Below, one piece after another: positions 8,723-19,293 of a stretch of DNA of 64,000 nt; within the stretch, counting starts at the first letter, position 1, and the number at the start of each line of letters is the position of its first letter. A program made the position numbers and the translations under genes. The notes under the pieces are model-generated. The model did not search any database. It was not told the DNA's origin and worked only from the letters and a program-made list of their open reading frames with translations. Origin of the DNA: a virus; the IMG/VR virus record IMGVR_UViG_3300048592_001371, positions 1-64,000 of that record; one strand, written 5' to 3'.

Positions 8723-10693
8723 ATGCCACTTGGATACCAACGCTCTGACGTCTACGTTGAGGAACGCGACCTCTCCGAAATCCCGCCTACTATCGCCACG
8801 TCAATTGGCGCTATCGTCTTTGCTTCCAAGAAGGGACCGAAGGGTCGCTTCAAGGTCACGGACGTTGACAAGTTCCTCGCCAAATACGGCCCACCGGATG
8901 CAGCTGTTTCGTTCGGCCACTACTGCTCGCTCGCCTTCCTGGAACAGTCAAACCAACTCTGGTGCGTGCGCGCCGTGGGCCCAGGCTATTCCTACGGTGG
9001 TGTGGCGCTGCAGATGCGTCAAACGCCTCCCGTCGATACAGTCCCGACTCTGCGTCCGGCGACGGCGGACGACCCGATCGAATACGGCGTGGACTTTGCC
9101 ACGCTGGGTGGTGCAGGAAGCATCTTCGACAACCTGTTCTATCTCCATGCGATTGGCCCCGGCAGTTACAGCGCCAATCTGTATGCCCGGATCGTTTCCG
9201 ACAACCTGGTTCCGCCCTCGAACGTGCAAGCGGTGGACTTCTCGACCGTCGGTCCTCTGATCGTTGGCATGTCGACTGCGGGTAGCATCAACCCAGGTAC
9301 ATATGAGTACCGAGTGACGGCGCAGAATGCGGTCGGTGAGACAATCGCCTCGGCGCTGGCTTCTGTCACAATCACCATCGTCGGTACTTCTGTGTATCTG
9401 TCGTGGGACCCGGTTGCTGGAGCTACGGCCTACAACATTTACGGGCGCGACACTACTCCAGCGACTTGGGGTTACATCGACACCGTGGGTGGTGGCACGT
9501 ACTACTTCATCGACCGCGGCACAATCGTTCCCGACATCCTGCGTCAACCGCCCGTTACGCAGACGATGACAGACGAATTCAAGATCGAGATCTACGATCA
9601 TGAAATCTCCACGGCCAATCCGCAAGAGACTTTCGAGTGCTCGATGCTGGAGAAGGTGGACGGCATGGGTCGCCAGTTGGAACTGACGCAATCCATCAAC
9701 CCGTTCTCCGAGTATGTTCGTGTGATTTCCAACGTGGCCAGCTTCTTACCGTCGACATTGCCCACGATCTACACAACTCCGAAGGTTGGGTTTGCTGCGG
9801 GCAACTCCGGAGCGGCTGTGTCCAGTTCCGACATCAACACGGGCTGGGATCAGTTCGCAGACAACGAGGAAGTGGATATCCGTCTGCTGATCAACGGTGG
9901 CTACGCTTCGCCTTCCGTTCAGATGAAGATGGATGGCCTGTGTCATTCGCGGAAGGACTGCGTTGCTATTCTTGACGTTCCTTCTACTTCCCAGAAGTCG
10001 CAACAGGCGATCGACTACAGAAACATCTCGTTGAACCTGAATTCGAACCGCTCGGCGCTCTACACACCGGACGTACTCATCGAAGATCAATACAGCGGGA
10101 AAGTGCTGTACGTTCCTCCGTCGGGACACGTTGCGGCCGTCTATGCCTACACCGATGCAACGACGTACCCCTGGTTTGCACCAGCAGGTCTGAACCGTGG
10201 TCTGCTGCGCGTGCTGGGCATACGTTACCGCTACAACAAGGGCGAACGGGATGCGATGTGGGCCGCGCAAGTGAGCTACATCCGCAACTTCCCGGGACTT
10301 GGACGAGCCGTGTGGGAACAGCGCACATTGCAGGCCAAGACCAGCGGATATTCGTTCATGAACGTTCGTCGTTTGATGGACTTCATCCACATCTCGCTGT
10401 CCCGCGCCGTGCTGTATCAAGTCTTCGAACCGAACGATGACTTCACTCGCTTCCAGATCAAGGAAATCTGCGACCTGTTCTTGCGTGCCGTGAAGAAGGC
10501 CCGTGGTATCAACCGCTGGCTCACCGTTTGCGACGGTCGCAACAATGACGCGATCAGCGCCGGTAACGGTCAACTGAACGTGGACATCTTTGTGGAACCG
10601 ACTCTGCCGGCTGAGAAGATTCGCTTGCGTTCCATCCTGACACGTCAGGGTGCGAATTTCGAGGAATTGATCGGTGCTGGGGCGCTGTTCTAA
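8723..10693 (+). CDS. contractile tail sheath protein with inserted FN3-like domain
   Basis: VYVEERD N-terminus, PPSGHVA, PWFAPAGLNRG, MNVRRL, FEPND motifs. Confidence 0.95.
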   Translation: MPLGYQRSDVYVEERDLSEIPPTIATSIGAIVFASKKGPKGRFKVTDVDKFLAKYGPPDAAVSFGHYCSLAFLEQSNQLWCVRAVGPGYSYGGVALQMRQTPPVDTVPTLRPATADDPIEYGVDFATLGGAGSIFDNLFYLHAIGPGSYSANLYARIVSDNLVPPSNVQAVDFSTVGPLIVGMSTAGSINPGTYEYRVTAQNAVGETIASALASVTITIVGTSVYLSWDPVAGATAYNIYGRDTTPATWGYIDTVGGGTYYFIDRGTIVPDILRQPPVTQTMTDEFKIEIYDHEISTANPQETFECSMLEKVDGMGRQLELTQSINPFSEYVRVISNVASFLPSTLPTIYTTPKVGFAAGNSGAAVSSSDINTGWDQFADNEEVDIRLLINGGYASPSVQMKMDGLCHSRKDCVAILDVPSTSQKSQQAIDYRNISLNLNSNRSALYTPDVLIEDQYSGKVLYVPPSGHVAAVYAYTDATTYPWFAPAGLNRGLLRVLGIRYRYNKGERDAMWAAQVSYIRNFPGLGRAVWEQRTLQAKTSGYSFMNVRRLMDFIHISLSRAVLYQVFEPNDDFTRFQIKEICDLFLRAVKKARGINRWLTVCDGRNNDAISAGNGQLNVDIFVEPTLPAEKIRLRSILTRQGANFEELIGAGALF

Positions 10694-10702
10694 GGAGATA
10701 TC

Positions 10703-10942
10703 ATGGTTAAAGTACTCGGAGACGCGGCTCCTAATCGACAGGAAGTGATGAACAGTTTGTTTCGTGTTCGTAGCCTGATCGTTAGTGGACAGGTACATCT
10801 GCGCAATCTGGCGAAAGAGGTCGACGCTTTGCAGAAATCAATGCGCGCCATGAAACCGAACTTTGAGGAAATCGACATCCGGATCGGTGAATTGGAGACA
10901 GACCTCGAAACGACTATCGGCAAACTCGGAGAACTCGTATGA
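10703..10942 (+). CDS. small coiled-coil protein
   Basis: AAGGAG SD, heptad pattern; ATGA-coupled to the peptidase. Confidence 0.55.
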   Translation: MVKVLGDAAPNRQEVMNSLFRVRSLIVSGQVHLRNLAKEVDALQKSMRAMKPNFEEIDIRIGELETDLETTIGKLGELV

Positions 10943-11691
10943 AACGGGTGTTCAACTGGAAGCCTGATTTGCCTGACAAGCGCGACTTCAAGTACGCAAC
11001 CACGACCAAGAAGTTTCCGCAAATCGTCAATCTGAGGGCCTATTGTCCAAAGGTTGAGGACCAAGGTTCCTTGGGTAGTTGTACGGCCAATGCGATTGTG
11101 GGAGCTGTTGAATACCTTGACCGTCGTTTCGACAACACCTATGTCGATCTGAGTCGTTTGTTCGTGTATTACAACGAACGAGCGATGATGGGTACGGTGA
11201 ACGAGGACTCGGGTGCCTATATCCGAGACGGCATCAAGACACTCACCAAGCAAGGCATCTGTCTTGAAGCTACCTGGCCGTACAAAGTTGCCGGGTACAA
11301 GCGCAAGCCTTCGACCAAGGCCTACACCGAAGCGGCGTCTCGAAAGGCTGTGTCGTACTATCGTGTCGAGCAGCAGGAAAAGCTCCTGCTGGGTGCGCTT
11401 GCCGATGGATACCCCGTCGTCTTCGGATTCACAGTCTACGAGAATTTCGATTCTCCGACAGTTGCCAAGACGGGCAAACTGACGATGCCGAAACCGGGCA
11501 TGGAGATGTTGGGCGGACACGCTGTCCTGGCGGTAGGTTACAACTTGAAGAACAGAACGTTCTATGTTCGCAATTCCTGGGGCTCGTCATGGGGCACACA
11601 GGGTTATTTCACCATGCCGTTCGAATACCTGTTGGACTCTGATCTGTCTGAGGACTTCTGGGTGGTCAAGCGCGTGACCAATGTCAAATAA
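10939..11691 (+). CDS. papain-family (C1A) cysteine peptidase
   Basis: QGSLGSC catalytic Cys, GGHAVLAVGY His, RNSWG Asn. Confidence 0.92.
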   Translation: MKRVFNWKPDLPDKRDFKYATTTKKFPQIVNLRAYCPKVEDQGSLGSCTANAIVGAVEYLDRRFDNTYVDLSRLFVYYNERAMMGTVNEDSGAYIRDGIKTLTKQGICLEATWPYKVAGYKRKPSTKAYTEAASRKAVSYYRVEQQEKLLLGALADGYPVVFGFTVYENFDSPTVAKTGKLTMPKPGMEMLGGHAVLAVGYNLKNRTFYVRNSWGSSWGTQGYFTMPFEYLLDSDLSEDFWVVKRVTNVK

Positions 11692-11707
11692 GGAATAGGA
11701 GTTCAGA

Positions 11708-12217
11708 ATGACGACACGTACCTCCTTCGACGATGTGAACAGTCTGGTCGATCCGCTGTTGCTGTACAACTTTGACCTGATCTTCCCGACAATCCCAGGT
11801 GGTGGGAACAGTCGAGGAATGACGGTCAAATGTATGTCGGCGACGTTGCCGGGCATGCAGATCGACCAAGTCACAGTGCCGCTCCACGGGGTCGAAGTGA
11901 ACTATGGTGGCCGCCAGATCTACACCAAGACGTTCACTGCTACATTCCTCGAAACACGCGACGTTACCACCCGGAAAGCGATGCGCGAGTGGCTGCGTTT
12001 CTGCCGCAACAACGATACCAACAAGGGCAACTACAAGGCGCAGTATGCCGTCGATGCTTCGATGATCCTGTATGACGACATCCCGAACGTCATTCAGACA
12101 ACGAAGATTCTGGGTTGCTTCCCGATTTCCATCGACGACCTGCAATTGGACGGCGGGCAATCAGCTTACGCACAGTACAATGTGACGTTCAGCTTCGACA
12201 GAACACAGGATGAGTGA
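11708..12217 (+). CDS. tail tube protein (gp19-like)
   Basis: Size, position, CMSATLPG...YGGR...GCFP...FSFD pattern. Confidence 0.85.
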   Translation: MTTRTSFDDVNSLVDPLLLYNFDLIFPTIPGGGNSRGMTVKCMSATLPGMQIDQVTVPLHGVEVNYGGRQIYTKTFTATFLETRDVTTRKAMREWLRFCRNNDTNKGNYKAQYAVDASMILYDDIPNVIQTTKILGCFPISIDDLQLDGGQSAYAQYNVTFSFDRTQDE

Positions 12218-12870
12218 TGGCAATTGCTGATTTCATCGACTTCATTGAGAATTCGTTTGAAACCAGCAGTGCCTCTCTGACTCCACGCCAGCAAGCTGAT
12301 ATTCCTCAAGCCTTGATTCCTTCCTCAAGTGGAGGGAACAGGCCTTTGCCTAGGACTGGTTCAGTAGCCGCCGAGCCTAGTGCCACAGGTTGGCTGGGTC
12401 GGGCGCTAAACAGGCCCGACCCTTTGTTCCAATTCGATTGGGACGTGATTGTGAAAGGCCCTAATGGCATAGCAATCCCTTCCGAATACATTGAGGAAAT
12501 ACAGTGCCCGAATTTTCGTACTGAATCAGAAGGTGTCTTTCGCGCCAGTTCGAAGACGTACATAGCTAAACACTATGACATCAGCGCGGTAACACTTCGA
12601 TTGTACGAAGACCAGCGCCTGACGTCGTTGAAGGCACTGCGTTCCTGGTTCAATGCAATTCACAAACCAGGTGGTGATTACGAAATACCTGCTAGGTACA
12701 AGGGCGAGATCCGGATCATGCCGAAGAACGTAGAGCAAGCGACTATCGCTACTCTGATTCTGCGTGGCGTGTTTCCCACAACGCATCCCACGATCCCCTT
12801 TACCTCGCAGAATGAACGGACAACCTATGATGTGGAATTCAGCGTCGACTGCCTCGACATTGAATTCTGA
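12214..12870 (+). CDS. tube-like/tube initiator protein
   Basis: Tube-fold pattern (LRLYED...W...Y...LRGVFP...VEFSVD) paralogous to the preceding gene. Confidence 0.65.
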   Translation: MMAIADFIDFIENSFETSSASLTPRQQADIPQALIPSSSGGNRPLPRTGSVAAEPSATGWLGRALNRPDPLFQFDWDVIVKGPNGIAIPSEYIEEIQCPNFRTESEGVFRASSKTYIAKHYDISAVTLRLYEDQRLTSLKALRSWFNAIHKPGGDYEIPARYKGEIRIMPKNVEQATIATLILRGVFPTTHPTIPFTSQNERTTYDVEFSVDCLDIEF

Positions 12871-12913
12871 TCTGTTGGTAGAGTTGTGAGTCCACTAACA
12901 CCGAAAGGTATAT

Positions 12914-13864
12914 ATGCAAAAACTTCCCGATGTCAGTCCCGCTGACAAAGTAGGTTCATTCTCTGCTTCTGTCCCGAAGCAAATTCGGCGCGTTTCCATC
13001 GAACCTCAAGATGGGAGCTTCAAGAAGCAACTCTCTCCCGTAAAAGAGCCCGTCGTTTCCGGTTCGGCACAGCGTATGGAAGGACCGAAGGACGCCAAGA
13101 TGGAGTCCATCGGTCTGCCTAGTGGGTTTCGCTACTACTCCTTCAAGGTTCTGTACGTTCGCAAATTGGTTGTAGCCGATCTGCTGAAGATATACGACGC
13201 ACGGGTGAGAAAGAACTTTCGTCACTTCGTGGAAGCGATCTCTAACACCTTGCACAACGTCTCCGCTTTCGATCTGACGTTTGAGGACTTCTGGTACGTG
13301 CTGTACTGGCACCGTCTGAACAGTTACCGAAAGTCACCGTTCGTGCTCGAATGGCAATGTACCGAAACAAAGCACTTGGACGCCATCATTGCAGGGGAGA
13401 AGAAACCGGAATCGGTCTTCCAGTCTGAGATCCTGAACAAATCGAAACTCACAGTCAACGATCTCAAAGTCGACCAAGTGCTGCCACTTGAGGAAGAATT
13501 CTTCTCCGAGTATGGGATCAGACTCACTCCTATCTACATGCACTCGTACATCGAGGCAATGGAAGAGGACGAAAAGGAGGAGGAAAGCGTTAAGGCGGAT
13601 AACCCTGCTCGGGACGCTAGTATCTCCCACCTGAACAGATATGCCTCCCAGATCTCGCCAATACACGGGGAGACAATTGCAGACCGACGACGATTCTTGG
13701 AGGACTATCCAGATCCGGAAGTGCTGCAAAGCATGGAACAATACATCGACGCCCTGGAGTACGGCGTTGTCGAAACCTTCAAAGTGAAATGCAAGGAGTG
13801 TGGGGCGGAGGTGGAGGTAGCAAATTCCATCGACGCCCTCACGTTTCTTCCCCAGTTATACTGA
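12914..13864 (+). CDS. tail/baseplate hub assembly chaperone
   Basis: LPS motif, C-terminal CKEC, immediately upstream of the tape measure gene. Confidence 0.65.
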   Translation: MQKLPDVSPADKVGSFSASVPKQIRRVSIEPQDGSFKKQLSPVKEPVVSGSAQRMEGPKDAKMESIGLPSGFRYYSFKVLYVRKLVVADLLKIYDARVRKNFRHFVEAISNTLHNVSAFDLTFEDFWYVLYWHRLNSYRKSPFVLEWQCTETKHLDAIIAGEKKPESVFQSEILNKSKLTVNDLKVDQVLPLEEEFFSEYGIRLTPIYMHSYIEAMEEDEKEEESVKADNPARDASISHLNRYASQISPIHGETIADRRRFLEDYPDPEVLQSMEQYIDALEYGVVETFKVKCKECGAEVEVANSIDALTFLPQLY

Positions 13865-14057
13865 GCAAGCGATCTTCGACCGAGACTACTCTGTCCTAGC
13901 TCGGTTGAATGCTTCGCTTGATTTCGATTCAGTATCCTGGAGGCGTTTTCATTACATTGCGGACTGTGTAGCACGCGATGTGAAGAAGGAGAAGGAAGAG
14001 CAGCAGAAGATAGAAGCGCAGATCAAACGGTCGTCATCGAGGTCTAAACGGAGATAA
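13845..14057 (+). CDS. putative +1 frameshift extension of the tail assembly chaperone
   Basis: ATG-less open +1 frame (FFPSYTEQAIFDRD...KRR*) filling the gap to the tape measure; entry at TTT-CTT-CCC. Confidence 0.55.
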   Translation, partial: FFPSYTEQAIFDRDYSVLARLNASLDFDSVSWRRFHYIADCVARDVKKEKEEQQKIEAQIKRSSSRSKRR

Positions 14058-14059
14058 AC

Positions 14060-16366
14060 GTGGCATTCAAGCCTATCAAGATGTTCAAGGAAACTGTCAA
14101 GGAGACCAAAAACACTGCGGTCTCTCTGAAGGACCGCGCGGCGTTCCAGAAGGAATTGCGCGCTACCTTCGGGCAGGAACGCCTTGCCTTGACCAAGGCG
14201 GCTGATCTTATCAATCAGCACATGCAAATCTACGCTAAGACGAACAAGGAAGTACCGGATGCCCTTCGTAGTCTCATGAGGGAGGTTGTTACCGGTCAGA
14301 AGACGATCGCGCAGTTGGAAACAGGGAAGATCGAAGGCTACGACAAGCAAATCAAGGCCGTCGAGGGATTGCAGAAGGTTATCACCACTCTCAATGAAGT
14401 TGCTTCAGATACCAAGCATCAGAAGAATTCTGTTATCCGCTTCAACGAGGGTGGAAAACTGCAAACCCGTTCTCTCACGCAAGATCTGCGTCGTGATGTT
14501 GAGCTGAAACGTGTGGAGCAGGACCGGCATCAGGAACTCATTGACACTCTGAGCAAGCAGCGCGAAGAGTCTCAGGCCTGGCAGGAGAAGAAGGACAAGA
14601 TCAAGGATTTGGGAACGAACCTGCTGCTCACGACGGTGTTCGGACCCGCCGCTCCTATCATCATGACCTTACGTGATGTGAAGGACGCGGCGAAGGAATC
14701 CCTTGGCATACAAGGAAGCCTCTTCGAAGCTACCAAAAACAAGCTGAACAAGCTGATCGGAAAGCAGACAGAAGCCAATGAGAAGCTGACAACGGTCACC
14801 GAGCAGAACGAGAACGAGAAGAAAGACAACAAGAAGCAAAAAGGCTTGTTCGAGAAGCTTCTGAAGAAGGTTGGACTGATGGGTGGTGCCGGCGGTGGTC
14901 TGTTCGGTGGTCTGCTAGATATGATCCCCGGTGGGAAGTATCTGGGTAAAGGCCTGGGCAAACTAGGCTCTCTTGCGAAAGGTCTAGGTGGATCCCTGTT
15001 AAGCAAGGGTGGTTCTCTGATCGGGAAGGCTGTTCCGGCCGTTCTTAGTGGAGCTGCCGGCTTGGGCAAGGCGGCCTTGCCCTGGCTCAGCAAGGCCGCT
15101 GGCTTTGCCGGTCCTGCGGCAGCAGTTGCCGGTGCCGGATACACAGGCTGGCAAGCCGGTGGCCTATTGAACAAGTATGCCATCAATCCACTAGCCGCTA
15201 AAATCACTGGCGACAAAGATGCAACGCTGGGAACCGCTGTGTTCGACGCGGTTGAATCGCTGAAGAAGGGCTTCGACAAGGTAACAGACAAAGTATCCGC
15301 CTTCTTCGACAAGTCCTTCGTCGATATGGCCAAGGACGCATGGAAGGATATCGGGGACAAGGCCGAGGAAACGTGGAAGGCGGCCGGTCGTGGACTGTCT
15401 TATGCGTGGAACGTCACCAAGCAGACCGGGCAGAAGGGTCTGGAAGCGGCCAAACAGGTTGGGCAAGCGGCAGTTGGCGCTGGTCAAGAAGTAAAGCGTC
15501 GGGCCTACGGAGCAGCACTGGGTGCTACGGGCATACACGCTGGAGTTGCTGCGGGCCGCTGGTCAGATGAAGAACTGCAATCCATTGCAAAAGGACAAGG
15601 ACAGCAAGTCAGCTTCAGAGGCGGTACTGGTCTGACGCAGGAGACCAAGGACAAAATCACAGCCGCTTCGCAGAAGTATGGAATCGACCCTCAGCACATG
15701 ATGGCTATTGCTCAGATGGAGAGCGGGGGCAACGCTACAGCAGTGTCTCATACTGGAGCGGCAGGTCTGTACCAATTCACGGGTGGCACAGCGAAGCAAT
15801 ATGGGCTGAAGAATCGTTTCGACCCAGAACAGAACATAGACGCGGCCGCAAGACTCTACGCGGACAATGCGAAGTCCCTAAAGGCGCGTGGCATCGAACC
15901 TACTCTGGAGAACGTCTATCTGGCGCACCAGCAAGGCGCCGGCGGAGCTGCTCAGATCATCGCCGCTAGCGAAGGACGAGGCACCGTTTCTGCCGACGTG
16001 GCGCGCAACATGGGCCTGAATGTAGGCGCCGGGCAAGACGCAGCGGGTTTCCGTAACACGAATGCGCGACACATTCAGGCTGCGATGGCTAAAGCAGAGA
16101 AGGTTACGGTTGCCGCGGATGCATATAGTGGTGTTCCAAAGGCGGGTACGGCTCAAGCCACAATGACCGCAGCGGCTGCTCCAACCGCCGAGTCCTACGA
16201 ACGAATAGCAATGGCTTCCAAGCAGCCTATTGTCCAAATGGAGTCGCAAAACCCGGCCTCCACTTCTACTTCTACCGCTGCTTCCTCACGTACGAATATG
16301 GATGACATTCCGTTCTATGTTGAGGACGTTGGTTTGCTGGTCATGAACGGTGGGTACATTGGATAA
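14060..16366 (+). CDS. tape measure protein with C-terminal lytic transglycosylase (SLT) domain
   Basis: Helical K/G/L-rich body; MESGG, GLYQF, AHQQG SLT motifs. Confidence 0.85.
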   Translation: MAFKPIKMFKETVKETKNTAVSLKDRAAFQKELRATFGQERLALTKAADLINQHMQIYAKTNKEVPDALRSLMREVVTGQKTIAQLETGKIEGYDKQIKAVEGLQKVITTLNEVASDTKHQKNSVIRFNEGGKLQTRSLTQDLRRDVELKRVEQDRHQELIDTLSKQREESQAWQEKKDKIKDLGTNLLLTTVFGPAAPIIMTLRDVKDAAKESLGIQGSLFEATKNKLNKLIGKQTEANEKLTTVTEQNENEKKDNKKQKGLFEKLLKKVGLMGGAGGGLFGGLLDMIPGGKYLGKGLGKLGSLAKGLGGSLLSKGGSLIGKAVPAVLSGAAGLGKAALPWLSKAAGFAGPAAAVAGAGYTGWQAGGLLNKYAINPLAAKITGDKDATLGTAVFDAVESLKKGFDKVTDKVSAFFDKSFVDMAKDAWKDIGDKAEETWKAAGRGLSYAWNVTKQTGQKGLEAAKQVGQAAVGAGQEVKRRAYGAALGATGIHAGVAAGRWSDEELQSIAKGQGQQVSFRGGTGLTQETKDKITAASQKYGIDPQHMMAIAQMESGGNATAVSHTGAAGLYQFTGGTAKQYGLKNRFDPEQNIDAAARLYADNAKSLKARGIEPTLENVYLAHQQGAGGAAQIIAASEGRGTVSADVARNMGLNVGAGQDAAGFRNTNARHIQAAMAKAEKVTVAADAYSGVPKAGTAQATMTAAAAPTAESYERIAMASKQPIVQMESQNPASTSTSTAASSRTNMDDIPFYVEDVGLLVMNGGYIG

Positions 16367-16368
16367 TC

Positions 16369-17169
16369 ATGGCAAAACTAGACTTTGCTGACTACGACAC
16401 AGCTAAGGGTCAAAAGAATCCGAACTACATGGTTCAGATCACGTTCGAGGCCAACGCACAAGATTCGCAATCGGCCGGGGAACGTCTAGGCGGTCTGAAC
16501 ACCCCAGGAGGGAACGTAATCTCTGCGTATTTGCCAGAGAATTTCCAGTTCGCCTTCTCCAGCGCCTACGATCAACCGTTCTCGCAAGGCTTCATCCAGA
16601 ACAGCCCGCTACAAGGATTGGCTAAGATGATGGGTGGGAGCCTGACCACGCAAGCTATGACGGCCCAAGTGTGGCAAGGAACTCCTTCTCCAGAATTCTC
16701 ACTGTCCTTGGTATTCATGGCCGAGAACGATCCAATAGAGGAAGTTGTCAGGCCGATATCCCGCTTGAGCAAGATGGCTTTGCCAGGAGTGATAAACGGC
16801 TTGGGTGGGATGTTGACGCCTCCTGGCCCTCGCATAAGCTTAACCGACGTGGCGAAGGCTGCGTCTAATGCGGCCGGGTCGCCCGGTTCGGCCAACAATC
16901 AGGACCTGGCATCTAACACGGATTTCGTGCAGACGGCCAAGCAAAAGTTGGCCGGTCTTAGCAAGACATTAAAAACTCCGACAAATAACATCTCGCTGCG
17001 TGTAGGCCGTTTCCTGTATTTTCCCTCCGTGGTCATATCCTCCGTCAGTCAGACATACGACACGATGTTTGATACACGAGGGAAGCCGCTGAAAGCGACA
17101 GTCGATGTAACCTTTACTACGTTCTTTGTTCCCACAAAGGATGACGTGGACGAAATCTTCCAATTGTGA
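16369..17169 (+). CDS. baseplate/tube initiator protein (gp48-like)
   Basis: VWQG...FSLSL and VISSVS...P..ATVDVTF pattern; position. Confidence 0.6.
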   Translation: MAKLDFADYDTAKGQKNPNYMVQITFEANAQDSQSAGERLGGLNTPGGNVISAYLPENFQFAFSSAYDQPFSQGFIQNSPLQGLAKMMGGSLTTQAMTAQVWQGTPSPEFSLSLVFMAENDPIEEVVRPISRLSKMALPGVINGLGGMLTPPGPRISLTDVAKAASNAAGSPGSANNQDLASNTDFVQTAKQKLAGLSKTLKTPTNNISLRVGRFLYFPSVVISSVSQTYDTMFDTRGKPLKATVDVTFTTFFVPTKDDVDEIFQL

Positions 17170-17176
17170 GGCGGAC

Positions 17177-17551
17177 ATGACCATTGGATACCAGCGAGAT
17201 ACCTATTGCCCAAAAGTCGTATTGAAGGAATCGGGCCGCAGCCGCCAAGAAGTATCGCTCGACGTGCTATCGGCCTCGTACAACAACATCCACGAGGACG
17301 TCACTTCCTTTCAATACTTCGTAGTGACGGAGAGCGAAGCGGGTCTACCAGACGCTATCTCCAAGAAGTTCTACGACACGGAAGAACTCTGGTGGATGGT
17401 TTGCGTGTATAACGCTATCATCGATCCTTACACGGAGCTGGTTGCTGGCATGCGGATCAAGATTCCTGATTTGCAACAGGTAACACTATCGCTCTACAAC
17501 CAGAACAAGGAACGGGAATCCTCCAATCTGGGACGACGCAGGGAAATCTAA
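17177..17551 (+). CDS. baseplate wedge protein (gp53/LysM-like)
   Basis: PDAISKKFY...LWW...YN.I.DP...G..IKIP. Confidence 0.8.
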   Translation: MTIGYQRDTYCPKVVLKESGRSRQEVSLDVLSASYNNIHEDVTSFQYFVVTESEAGLPDAISKKFYDTEELWWMVCVYNAIIDPYTELVAGMRIKIPDLQQVTLSLYNQNKERESSNLGRRREI

Positions 17552-18703
17552 ATGCTACGGATACGTGACAACGTATGGATAAACCTGACAATAGATGGGA
17601 AAGAGTATCCGCTGGAGCAAGGTGGCTTCAGCAACGCTCTCATTACCTCGTCCCAGGACGCCTTCGTACCCGGTCTTGAGATCAACCTGTACGACTCTCG
17701 TCAATTCTTCGTCCGTAGTGTAACTCTTGCGGACGGTACGCCGATTGTTCTGCAACTTGGCCCCGACCAGAATAGTTTCAAGACATTCGCCTTTAGGGTG
17801 TTCAAGTTCAAACAGGTGAACAGCCAAGGCACGCCGATGTATCAGATCAAAGCGTATCTGGATCGTCCGATGTGGTTTCATGGTTCCCGCGTTTTACCCA
17901 TCCGGGGATTGTCGTCAGATGTCATCTCACAACTTGCTTCCGAGAGCAATCTCACAGTAGAGTTGTTGGACAAGACAGCGGACCAGATGATTTGGTATCC
18001 GAAGAACGAACGACGTTGTGTATTTGCCAATCGCGTTTGCTCTATGGGGTACCTGAATGCAAGCAGCTTCATGCGTCTCGCGGTTACCGCCGAGGGCAAA
18101 ATACGCTATGTGAACATTGACAAGTACGATCCGAAGAGTCAATACCAGATGTATGTCAATGGCGATCCCGCAACTGGATCGATGCAATACGTCGACAGTC
18201 GCAATCTGAACAAGTCCGGATTCAACAACATCATCGGAGGCTACAAACACTGGATCGTCGAACAAAACGTTCTTGTCCCGAAGGCGTTCGACATCACCAA
18301 AACGGTTCAAGCGAAGTACATGACGGAGAAGTTGAACCAAGCGAAACAGGTTAAGCAAATGCTTGACCGTAGCCGACTGGATTTCAAACCTATCAATTGC
18401 GGAAACGTTCATGAGAACTATTGGAAGGCGGAGTACCAGAACGCTCGGATTGCCAAGACGTATTCGCAGGGAGTGATGTTCATGGTGCAGGAAATCACGC
18501 CTACTGAGTTGCTCGATCCTTTCATGTACAAGCGCATCGCTGCTCCAGGACATACAACGCTACAGGAAGATCGTGCCATGATTGGCATGTACATTACTAC
18601 GGCTAAGTCCATATTTGTCGATCAAGGAAACTACTACGAGAAGCTCCAGGGTTTCACGACAGGTATGAACGACGATCCGGACAACGAAGACTCGCAGGAG
18701 TAA
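17552..18703 (+). CDS. baseplate hub protein (gp27-like)
   Basis: Size and position between gp53-like and spike genes. Confidence 0.55.
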   Translation: MLRIRDNVWINLTIDGKEYPLEQGGFSNALITSSQDAFVPGLEINLYDSRQFFVRSVTLADGTPIVLQLGPDQNSFKTFAFRVFKFKQVNSQGTPMYQIKAYLDRPMWFHGSRVLPIRGLSSDVISQLASESNLTVELLDKTADQMIWYPKNERRCVFANRVCSMGYLNASSFMRLAVTAEGKIRYVNIDKYDPKSQYQMYVNGDPATGSMQYVDSRNLNKSGFNNIIGGYKHWIVEQNVLVPKAFDITKTVQAKYMTEKLNQAKQVKQMLDRSRLDFKPINCGNVHENYWKAEYQNARIAKTYSQGVMFMVQEITPTELLDPFMYKRIAAPGHTTLQEDRAMIGMYITTAKSIFVDQGNYYEKLQGFTTGMNDDPDNEDSQE

Positions 18704-18705
18704 AA

Positions 18706-19287
18706 ATGACAACCGGAATGAGTGAACCGACGCGACAAATAGAAAAACAGTCTGACTACAAGGGAGTAGTGTTCATTGCCGAGGTTGTCGAGAACAACGA
18801 TCCAGAAAAGCGCCAGCGTGTTCGTATCAAAATTCCTGAGATACACGGTGAGGCCAACCCACCAGACTGGTATCCGTGGGCCGTTCCTTGTGGTCTAAGG
18901 ATGCGCGGTATGGCGAACAATGTCGGTTCGCAAGCTATTCCGATTATTGGTGCCGAGGTCTATGTCGTGCTGCAGAATGGAGACCCTCACTTCCCACTAT
19001 ACATCGGGGGAGTGGTCAGCCAAAGGACGCAACTGCCGCAGCTTGAAGTGAATTACCCCTTCCGCTACGGGATGCAAGATGACAAAGGGAACTATCTGTG
19101 GGTGGATACGCAAGTCGGGGACATAGAACTCTACCACTTCTCCGGACTCAAGATCCGAATCGAGCCAACGGGCCAGATAACCATTGATAGTCCGTCCAAT
19201 CTAATCGCTAATTTTAATGGACACGTGAACATTAACGTGGTCGAGGATGCAACCATTGACGCTCGCAACATCTATTTGAATCCGTGA
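18706..19287 (+). CDS. baseplate central spike (gp5 OB-fold/gpV-like)
   Basis: VVENNDPEKRQRVRIKIP...PWA...P.IGAEV...GDP..P. Confidence 0.9.
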   Translation: MTTGMSEPTRQIEKQSDYKGVVFIAEVVENNDPEKRQRVRIKIPEIHGEANPPDWYPWAVPCGLRMRGMANNVGSQAIPIIGAEVYVVLQNGDPHFPLYIGGVVSQRTQLPQLEVNYPFRYGMQDDKGNYLWVDTQVGDIELYHFSGLKIRIEPTGQITIDSPSNLIANFNGHVNINVVEDATIDARNIYLNP

Positions 19288-19293
19288 CGATAT

